Assembly (NCBI GenBank): GCA_037444445.1
Contig: JBBIMK010000027.1
Span: 1-28,147 of the forward strand
Direction: 5' to 3'
Source of the DNA: a bacterium
GTDB lineage: Bacteria; UBP7; UBA6624; JBBIMK01
Length of the DNA stretch: 28,147 bases
This document shows positions 8,204 through 14,926 of this stretch, in pieces (the first letter of the stretch is position 1; the number at the start of each line of letters is the position of its first letter). The position numbers and the translations under genes are program-made. The notes beneath the pieces are model-generated. The model was given only the letters and a program-made list of their open reading frames with translations, made no database searches and was not told the DNA's origin.

Positions 8204-8890
8204 ATGAAGGAAAGAGATGAAAAAACAGTTTTACGATTAAGTATTCAGGTGAGAGTCCAGCATTTTCTACTTATGCTCAGTGTTACTATGCTCATCCTGA
8301 CGGGCCTTGCTTTGATGTACAGCGATAGTTGGTTAGGAAAACTGATGATTTTCCTGGAGGGAGGGTTTGAAACCCGGGGATTCCTCCATCGGATTTCTGC
8401 AATCCTTCTCTTTCTCGGAGTGATTTACCATTGGCTGTATATTTCGTTGACGCGGGAGGGTCACGAAGAATTTTTACAGATTCTGCTTCGCCTTCAGGAT
8501 TTTCGGGACCTTGGGCATGCAGTGCTTTATGATGTTGGGCTACGAAGCCAGCCTCCACAATTTGGGAGGTATGGATACCGGGAGAAATTTCAATACTGGG
8601 CTATGGGCATATTAATTTTATTGATGCTGTTTTCTGGAATTATCCTCTGGTATCACAACTTTTTTCTCGGCGTATTGCCTAAATGGGCTATGGATTTGAC
8701 ACTGGTTGTTCACGGTTCTGCAGGCACTATACTCTTTCTCTTTCTGGTTCTCTGGCACTTTTATATGGTTCACTGGGCTCCTGGAAAGTTTCCCTTCTCT
8801 ATGACCTTCTGGCATGGCAAAATTACTCAGGAAGAGTGGGAAAGAGAGCATCCTCTGGAATGCATGCAGAAAAAGAATGAAAATCAGTAA
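8204..8890 (+). CDS. Membrane b-type cytochrome, 4-TM FdnI / Ni_hydr_CYTB-like (copy 1)
   Basis: A strong SD AGGAGG at 8193-8198 lies 5 nt before the ATG. There are four hydrophobic helices with conserved His residues (RVQHF, LHRISA, VHGS...WHFYMVH) in the pattern of diheme b subunits. It is a clear paralog of 9940-10929. Confidence 0.8.
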   Translation: MKERDEKTVLRLSIQVRVQHFLLMLSVTMLILTGLALMYSDSWLGKLMIFLEGGFETRGFLHRISAILLFLGVIYHWLYISLTREGHEEFLQILLRLQDFRDLGHAVLYDVGLRSQPPQFGRYGYREKFQYWAMGILILLMLFSGIILWYHNFFLGVLPKWAMDLTLVVHGSAGTILFLFLVLWHFYMVHWAPGKFPFSMTFWHGKITQEEWEREHPLECMQKKNENQ

Positions 8891-9938
8891 GGTTTGGGGA
8901 GTGATATTCCTGATCGGGGGCATGGTGGCGGTAGAGGCTGTTCCCGGCTTTGCCCAGGTAGACCCCTTGCGGCGTTGTCTTCTATGCCACGGGAAAGCGG
9001 GTTTTAAAGAGGTATTAGAGGGCGGTAAGGAACGACCGCTCTACATTGATGTAGAGGATTTTAGAGGTTCCGCTCATGGCAATATGGTTTGCACTATATG
9101 CCATACAGATGTGCGAACGATACCTCATTTGAGCCGGCCACGAAGGATTCACTGTCTCCAGTGTCACTACGAAGGAAATGTGGTTGGGGCTCCTGTGGAG
9201 AGAAAACCGGAGAAATACAAAGAAAGCGTCCACGGGAAGGCACTGGAAAAGGGCGACCCCAGGGCTCCGGACTGCCGGGATTGTCACACTTCTCATTCTG
9301 TGCGTCAAGCCTCAGATTCTGCCTCTACTGTGAATAAAAGGCATGTGCCTGAAACCTGCGGCCGCTGCCATCTCTCCGTGTTCACTGCTTACTCCCAGAG
9401 TGTGCACGGAACCGCCCTATCCAAAGGGATTCTGGAATCTGCAGCCTGCTCCGATTGCCACCGAGAACATGACCTTCTACCCAAGGATGACCCTCGTTCC
9501 TCTCTATACCCTCAAAATGTTGCCAATACCTGTGCTACCTGCCATCAGAATGAAACCCTGATGAGAAAACTGGGCATCCCTGTCAAGCAAGTGCAGGCAT
9601 TTAAGGAAAGCTTCCACGGTGTTGCCATAGAATTTGGTTTTCTCAAGGTTGCCAACTGCGTAAGTTGCCATGGTTATCACGATATACTTCCACAGTCTGA
9701 CATTCGTTCTTCTATCCATCCCACCAATCTGGCAAAAACCTGCGGGAAATGCCATCCCAGGGTTACGGCGATGGTGGCCAGAGGAAAAATTCATGTCCTG
9801 CCTACGGAACCATCTTCTGGAATTGTCTATTGGGTGAGCCAGTTCTTCAAATGGTTCACCATTCTGGTTCTCTTAGGGTTATTTTTACACATTCTTTTGG
9901 ACCTCTTTGGTCGTTTCCGCGCCCATAGGACGACCTGA
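8877..9938 (+). CDS. Nonaheme c-type cytochrome with N-terminal signal peptide and C-terminal TM anchor
   Basis: Nine CXXCH motifs are present (CLLCH, CTICH, CLQCH, CRDCH, CGRCH, CSDCH, CATCH, CVSCH, CGKCH). The signal-like N-terminus is MKISKVWGVIFLIGGMVAVEAVPGFAQ. The hydrophobic C-terminus is IVYWVSQFFKWFTILVLLGLFLHILLDLF. I chose the start at 8877, which overlaps the upstream stop by 14 nt. The track start at 8814 lies inside the cytochrome b gene. Confidence 0.9.
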   Translation: MKISKVWGVIFLIGGMVAVEAVPGFAQVDPLRRCLLCHGKAGFKEVLEGGKERPLYIDVEDFRGSAHGNMVCTICHTDVRTIPHLSRPRRIHCLQCHYEGNVVGAPVERKPEKYKESVHGKALEKGDPRAPDCRDCHTSHSVRQASDSASTVNKRHVPETCGRCHLSVFTAYSQSVHGTALSKGILESAACSDCHREHDLLPKDDPRSSLYPQNVANTCATCHQNETLMRKLGIPVKQVQAFKESFHGVAIEFGFLKVANCVSCHGYHDILPQSDIRSSIHPTNLAKTCGKCHPRVTAMVARGKIHVLPTEPSSGIVYWVSQFFKWFTILVLLGLFLHILLDLFGRFRAHRTT

Positions 9939-9939
9939 T

Positions 9940-10929
9940 ATGATGTCATACCCTGACGAAAATCCTCCCCGGGAGCCCCAAGGGGCAAAAATTCCACCGC
10001 AGAAGGAGAATCTCGCTCAGCGAATTCAGAAAGTTTTTTCGGATTTAGATTATCCCCTGGACGAGGAGATTGTAGAGGAAATCCTGCAGGATGTTCGGAA
10101 AAGAGTTGAACAGGAAATTGTAAAACAAAGAAGGAAAGAAGAAAAAGAACGCCGGGAGGCGAGAGAATTCGTTACCCGATTTAACCTGAATATTCGGGTT
10201 CAACACTTTCTTTTAGCGGTGGCTGTGCTTCTTCTTATTTTCACTGGCTTACCCATAAAATTTCACGAGTCAGCGTGGGCAGATATCTATTTTCGCTTCC
10301 TGGGCGGGTTATCCCTCAGCCGGTGGCTTCATAGATTGGCTGCCATCCTGCTGACGGGAATCAGCCTGTATCATCTTTTCTATATCTCTTTTCATCCGGA
10401 AGGAAAAAGAGAGTTTCGGCTGATGATTCCCACCCGGAAAGATTTCAAAGATTTTTGGCAGAATATTCGGTTTTATCTGGGATTATCCAGTCAGAAACCG
10501 AAATTTCACCGCTTTTCCTATGTGGAAAAATTTGATTACTGGGCGGTTTACTGGGGTGTAGTTATTATGGTTGTTTCCGGTTTTCTTCTCTGGCTTCATG
10601 ATTGGACCCTGGCAATCCTCCCGAAGTTCATCCTGGATATTGCCCGGGAAGTTCACTCGGATGAAGCGTTCCTGGCCACGGTGGCAATTATTATGTGGCA
10701 CTTTTATAATGTCCATCTGAATCCTCACAATTTTCCATTCAACCCCAGCATCTTTACAGGCAAGATTTCTCGGGAGAAAATGCGAGAGGAGCACCCACTG
10801 GAATATGATGAAATATTCATTGAAACTCTTACAACTGCTTCAACTTCTCACACTACCGCAGTAGCCACATCCTCACCATCCTCTGAAGATTCTTCCCCTC
10901 CTCCCGAACCTTCTGAGCATCACCTATGA
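9940..10929 (+). CDS. Membrane b-type cytochrome, FdnI / Ni_hydr_CYTB-like (copy 2) with a charged N-terminal extension and an S/T/P-rich C-terminal tail
   Basis: The core RFNLNIRVQHFLLAVAVLLLIFTGLP...LHRLAAILL...VHSDEAFLATVAIIMWHFYNVH is collinear with copy 1. The ATG at 9940 lies 1 nt after the upstream TGA (9936-9938). About 80 K/E/R-rich residues precede TM1. The C-terminal tail is TASTSHTTAVATSSPSSEDSSPPPEPSEHHL. Confidence 0.8.
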   Translation: MMSYPDENPPREPQGAKIPPQKENLAQRIQKVFSDLDYPLDEEIVEEILQDVRKRVEQEIVKQRRKEEKERREAREFVTRFNLNIRVQHFLLAVAVLLLIFTGLPIKFHESAWADIYFRFLGGLSLSRWLHRLAAILLTGISLYHLFYISFHPEGKREFRLMIPTRKDFKDFWQNIRFYLGLSSQKPKFHRFSYVEKFDYWAVYWGVVIMVVSGFLLWLHDWTLAILPKFILDIAREVHSDEAFLATVAIIMWHFYNVHLNPHNFPFNPSIFTGKISREKMREEHPLEYDEIFIETLTTASTSHTTAVATSSPSSEDSSPPPEPSEHHL

Positions 10930-12947
10930 AAATCAAGTGGTCTCTATGGTTTCCAGTCACTCTGGTTTTATTTTTTGTGCTGTTTATTACCGGGAAAGCC
11001 ACGGATTCTCCGTCTTTTTGTGGTTCCTGCCATTATATGAAGCCTTTCTATGAAAACTGGCAAAGTTCCAGCCATGCCCGGGTGAACTGCAATAAATGTC
11101 ACTATGCAAAGGGGTTCCGTGGCTACATAAGGGGAAAAATGGCACTTCTCGGAGAGATAACAAAATACTATACTCACACCTACACACTTACCCCTCATGC
11201 CAGAATAGAGGATGGGAATTGTCTAACCTGCCACCCTTTCAAAAAACTTGGCGAAAAAATCACATATCGCAGGAACATACCATTCCGTCATCAGAGCCAC
11301 TATGATAAAGTTTCACGCGGTATCCGCCTGAGGTGCACTTCCTGTCATTCCGAACTGGTTCAAGGAAGCCATACCGCCGTGACAGAATCTTCGTGTTTCT
11401 ACTGCCATTTCATCGGCGTGGCATTTCGCCAACCCCTGTCGGAGTGCAACACCTGTCATGGTTCTCCTGCTGAGGAAATACTGCTTCAGGGAATGAAATT
11501 CAGTCATTCTAAGTTTCTGAAAACCGGTGTGGATTGTTTGACCTGTCATGTGGAGGTAGTCAGCGGTGCAGGAGATGTGCCTCAGGAAAAATGTCGTACC
11601 TGTCATATTCAACGGGAATTAGCCTGGAGTGAGGCTCAGAAACTGCACCAGGTTCATGTGACTCAACAATCTGTGAAATGCAATTCTTGCCACACCGAAC
11701 TGACGCACGGAAAAATTCAAATGCTGGAAACTCTATACCCGGAATGTCGTTCCTGTCATGGAGCCATGCATACCCTTCAGGAACAAATATATATGGGCAC
11801 CTTTCCTATCGGGGGTGAGGAACCCTTACCTGACCCGATGTTTCTGAGTGGCGTGGACTGCACTGCCTGTCACCTTTCTCAGGAATCTATGGGGATTTCT
11901 CAGCACCCCAGAAAACTTGCCAGGGCATCTCCTTCCGCTTGCCTAACCTGTCACCCTGAAGGGTTCAACCAACTTTTAATCGCCTGGCAAAACGATGTTC
12001 AAAGCGAAGTCCAAAATCTGGAAAAATTCGTAGATTTTCTCGGGCGAGTGACTCAGGATGAAAAGACACCGAAAAACTCTCAAAAAACAATGCGAACAAA
12101 AGAATGGAAAGAAATTCAACAGGTTCTCCATTCTATTCGTCAGGATGGCAGTTGGGGTGCGCACAACATTCGCCTGACCTTTCATCTTTTGTCTTTCGCC
12201 TATTCAAAAATCTCAGAAGAATATTCTCGTCTCAGTGTGCCTCCGTTTCAACCCCTACCGGAAACTCGGTTTTTTATCTCCCTCTATGGTTGCAATGAAA
12301 CCTGCCATGTGGGCGTTGAACGCAAATCTGTTCTCCAAAAAGAATGGGTTTTCCCCCATGATATTCATCTCTTCAAAGCCAGCCTGGACTGCAATACCTG
12401 TCATTCCACTGAACCCGTGGAAACAAGTACCCATGGTAAATCCCTGTTCACTGCTTCCTCCTGTTCCTCCTGTCATCATTCAGCAAAATGGAAGAGAACT
12501 TGCGTCTCCTGTCATCCGGTTCAGGCTCAGATGTATTCGGGTTCCGTATGGGGAGAGAACTCTCCGGATGCGATGCAATCCGTCGGAATCACCTGCGAAA
12601 TGTGTCACCAAAATGAAAAGGGGGAAATCATCCGCTTCTCCGTGAACAGTTGCCTCTCCTGCCACGAAAATTCTTCCGTGGATGAAATGAGGAACAAACA
12701 GCAAACCATTCGGCAGTCATTAAAAATAGTGGAACAAAACCTGACGATGGCTCAAACTCAGTTGCTATCAGAAAAGGGTAAATCTCTATTAGAAAATTGG
12801 AGAAACCTATACACACTGAAGGAAATCCTGGAGTGGCTCAAGAAGGATGGTAGTTGGGGTGCCCACAACTTGATACTTTCACAAAGGTTGTTAGAGAAAA
12901 TCCTCCCGCCATCAGAAGAGTTGCGAAAAGAGAAGGAGAATTTATGA
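10926..12947 (+). CDS. Large membrane-anchored multiheme c-type cytochrome (17 CXXCH plus 1 CX3CH) with a NapC/NirT/NrfH-like N-terminus
   Basis: It has an ATGA start/stop overlap with the upstream gene. An N-terminal TM helix (WSLWFPVTLVLFFVLFITG) is followed by CGSCHYM...SSSH...CNKCH, as in NapC/NrfH anchors. I counted 17 CXXCH by eye plus CNETCH. The octapeptide DGSWGAHN occurs twice. Confidence 0.9.
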   Translation: MKIKWSLWFPVTLVLFFVLFITGKATDSPSFCGSCHYMKPFYENWQSSSHARVNCNKCHYAKGFRGYIRGKMALLGEITKYYTHTYTLTPHARIEDGNCLTCHPFKKLGEKITYRRNIPFRHQSHYDKVSRGIRLRCTSCHSELVQGSHTAVTESSCFYCHFIGVAFRQPLSECNTCHGSPAEEILLQGMKFSHSKFLKTGVDCLTCHVEVVSGAGDVPQEKCRTCHIQRELAWSEAQKLHQVHVTQQSVKCNSCHTELTHGKIQMLETLYPECRSCHGAMHTLQEQIYMGTFPIGGEEPLPDPMFLSGVDCTACHLSQESMGISQHPRKLARASPSACLTCHPEGFNQLLIAWQNDVQSEVQNLEKFVDFLGRVTQDEKTPKNSQKTMRTKEWKEIQQVLHSIRQDGSWGAHNIRLTFHLLSFAYSKISEEYSRLSVPPFQPLPETRFFISLYGCNETCHVGVERKSVLQKEWVFPHDIHLFKASLDCNTCHSTEPVETSTHGKSLFTASSCSSCHHSAKWKRTCVSCHPVQAQMYSGSVWGENSPDAMQSVGITCEMCHQNEKGEIIRFSVNSCLSCHENSSVDEMRNKQQTIRQSLKIVEQNLTMAQTQLLSEKGKSLLENWRNLYTLKEILEWLKKDGSWGAHNLILSQRLLEKILPPSEELRKEKENL

Positions 12948-13441
12948 ACACAGCGAAAGTAAAAACATATTTTCGGATTCAGCTTACGAATAATAACCTA
13001 ACACAGGTCTTACCAAAAAGATGCAGGCTCATGGCAACGGTGGCATGGCTGGTCATCTGTTCCGGTGGGTTCCTCAATGTAAAAATTACCAATGAAGAGT
13101 GTATAGCCTGTCATGAAGGAGTGGAGAAAATAGCACCTGTGCATGAAAAGGTTTCCTGCCAGGATTGTCATCACGACATCCAGGAGATTCCGCACTCTGT
13201 TCCAACGCAACGGATTGATTGCCTCCGATGCCATCAAGAATTGATGAATTTATGGGTAGGGGACCCGCACCTTGCGGCGAGAGAAAAAGGAAATAAGAAT
13301 GCTCCCGACTGTCAGACCTGCCACGGGAAGCACGACTTGAAAACCTGGGGGAGAAAAAAGGCGGAAACATCAGAAATTCAACGACAAAGAGTGCAAATCT
13401 TTTGCAACACCTGTCACATGGCCGCCTTGGTGGAAGTGTAA
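12944..13441 (+). CDS. Pentaheme c-type cytochrome, secreted or membrane-tethered
   Basis: It has an ATGA overlap with the upstream stop, and SD AAGGAG at 12933-12938 lies 5 nt before the ATG. Five CXXCH motifs are present (CIACH, CQDCH, CLRCH, CQTCH, CNTCH). A hydrophobic segment MATVAWLVICSGGF follows a basic N-region. Confidence 0.85.
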   Translation: MNTAKVKTYFRIQLTNNNLTQVLPKRCRLMATVAWLVICSGGFLNVKITNEECIACHEGVEKIAPVHEKVSCQDCHHDIQEIPHSVPTQRIDCLRCHQELMNLWVGDPHLAAREKGNKNAPDCQTCHGKHDLKTWGRKKAETSEIQRQRVQIFCNTCHMAALVEV

Positions 13442-13568
13442 TTGCCAAAATACTTATCCAGAAGTTCCCGACTCTTTTAAGATAATTCAGGCTTTTGAGG
13501 AGATTTTTCGCGCAAAATTTTCTTCTCCTGTCTACCCTCTTTCCTCTCACTTTTAGGGTTCATTTACC

Positions 13569-13910
13569 TCACTCCTCCGCAGGGCCATCCAGTTTTCTGC
13601 TTCCATTCTGGTAAAGCATAACCACGGCATTCGCGCGGGATTTATCAGCACACACGCGAGCCTGCTTCCGTTCTAATTCTACCGGACCCTTTTTCACCCT
13701 GCAAAAGCCGAATTTCTCAAAGTATCCTGTCAAATCTGTAGTGATGTAAACTTCATCCGAGGGAAAATGTTTTATGAGGTAATGGACGATAGTTTTGCCG
13801 ATGCCCTTTCCCCGGTATTCGGGCAGGACGCCCAAACAGCCAAGTTCATAGCAATCCCCGTGAGGGCGGATACGACCGAATCCTACGATGACACCGCCTT
13901 TCTTGGTCAT
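13569..13910 (-). CDS. GNAT-family N-acetyltransferase, N-terminally truncated (possible remnant)
   Basis: The acetyl-CoA-binding core is LGVLPEYRGKGIGKTIVHYLI, followed by YFEKFGF. The protein is only 113 aa and lacks about the first 40-50 residues of a normal GNAT. There is no SD before the ATG, and an in-frame TAA (13944-13946) closes the frame 33 nt upstream. Confidence 0.55.
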   Translation of the reverse strand: MTKKGGVIVGFGRIRPHGDCYELGCLGVLPEYRGKGIGKTIVHYLIKHFPSDEVYITTDLTGYFEKFGFCRVKKGPVELERKQARVCADKSRANAVVMLYQNGSRKLDGPAEE

Positions 13911-13943
13911 AAGAAATTGCCGATGAAAGAGAACTCCGAATCT

Positions 13944-14804
13944 TTAGCGGGGCAGATTTGAACTGGCATTCTCCGGTGCGTTCAGGGGAACGCCGGCGGT
14001 TTCCCCTATATTCTGCGCCGTCACACCTTTATTGAGGTCCAGGATTTTCCCGTTCACGAAGATGGTAGGAGTGGAATTGAACCCCAGGGCCTGGGCAATC
14101 TTCATATCCCGCTCCACCCGGTCCTCCCTGCAGTTTCCTTCCACATTGAGGGCTTTTTTAAAATCTTCTTTATTGTTTCCCTGGGTCACTTCCAGTTTGC
14201 GGACCGCGTCAAAGAAGGCTTCACCGGTGAAGCAACTTGCCACTTCGGCTTTATTTTTTGCCTGGGGATGAATCGGGAGGGGCAAGAATTTATAGTAGAG
14301 GATTATTTTGTCTGAGTTTTTGTCAATAATTTGGTGAAGGTTCTGGAGGGCACGCTTGCAGTAAGGGCAATCCACATCTCCCCAGAAAATAATTCGGACG
14401 GGAGCATCCGGAGAACCTATGGAAAAATCTTTATCTAAAACCATGGTTTCTTCGGGAATCTCAAGAGGTTTTAATTTGCCGGTAGATTGTTGAGTGAGAT
14501 TTACACCGTTCATATCCAGGATGCTCCCCAGGATAAGGTATTTTCCATCCTCGGTGAAATACACTAAAAAGGGTTGCTCACCCTGAGGAATTTTTATCCA
14601 GAGCCTTCGTTGAAGGATACCCGGAAGAGGAGAGGGCTCCAGGGGTTCTATCTGGGTAATCACCAGAGGCTGGCGAAACTGGGCCCTCAAAACCTTCAGC
14701 CAGGGTTCTTCCACAGGTTGAGTGGGCTGAGGAAGGGGAAGGGCCCCTTCTGCTGCCAGTAAGAACCACATCCCTAAAATCATTGCAATTTTTTTTCCGT
14801 TCAT
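13944..14804 (-). CDS. Periplasmic thiol:disulfide interchange protein, DsbC/DsbG-like (N-terminal dimerisation-type domain plus thioredoxin fold with CPYC)
   Basis: The signal peptide is MNGKKIAMILGMWFLLAAEG. The active site reads WGDVDCPYCK, there is a second Cys pair (SCFTGE...GNC), and the cis-Pro loop is STPTIFVNG. I prefer the ATG at 14804, which follows GGTGA. The track start at 14813 is a GTG. Confidence 0.8.
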   Translation of the reverse strand: MNGKKIAMILGMWFLLAAEGALPLPQPTQPVEEPWLKVLRAQFRQPLVITQIEPLEPSPLPGILQRRLWIKIPQGEQPFLVYFTEDGKYLILGSILDMNGVNLTQQSTGKLKPLEIPEETMVLDKDFSIGSPDAPVRIIFWGDVDCPYCKRALQNLHQIIDKNSDKIILYYKFLPLPIHPQAKNKAEVASCFTGEAFFDAVRKLEVTQGNNKEDFKKALNVEGNCREDRVERDMKIAQALGFNSTPTIFVNGKILDLNKGVTAQNIGETAGVPLNAPENASSNLPR

Positions 14805-14886
14805 CCATATCACCCGATAGATAAGTATACCATAACTCTACGGGAGGTATTTCAGGTTCAGGCATAAAAGGTTCAAGGAGGAAGAG

Positions 14887-14915
14887 TTGACAGGAGGAAT
14901 AGATTTATCTAAAAT
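14887..14915 (+). promoter_or_regulatory. Near-consensus sigma70 promoter of the dtxR-feo operon (TTGACA-N17-TAAAAT)
   Basis: TTGACA lies at 14887-14892 and TAAAAT at 14910-14915, with a 17-nt spacer. The first in-frame ATG (14927) is only 11 nt downstream. So either the mRNA is leaderless or nearly so, or translation starts at the internal ATG at 14987 (MEDYLKAIY). Confidence 0.5.
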
Positions 14916-14925
14916 AAAATTTAGA
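14908..14925. promoter_or_regulatory. AT-rich inverted repeat TCTAAA-N6-TTTAGA overlapping the -10 element, a candidate DtxR/MntR-type operator
   Basis: The perfect 6-bp arms are at 14908-13 and 14920-25, giving an 18-bp dyad. It sits over the -10 of the promoter that drives two DtxR-family genes. Function is inferred from position only. Confidence 0.35.
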
Positions 14926-14926
14926 G

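Noticed and set aside
13442-13568. Searched for a terminator between the convergent cytochrome operon and the GNAT gene. The same search was done for 4554-4734 between ppsA and the HD-GYP gene.
   Set aside because: Only short AT-rich or 5-6-bp stems were found (for example AGGAGA...TCTCCT at 13498-13529 and CCTGAA...TTCAGG at 4622-4643). None has a convincing GC stem plus T-tract.
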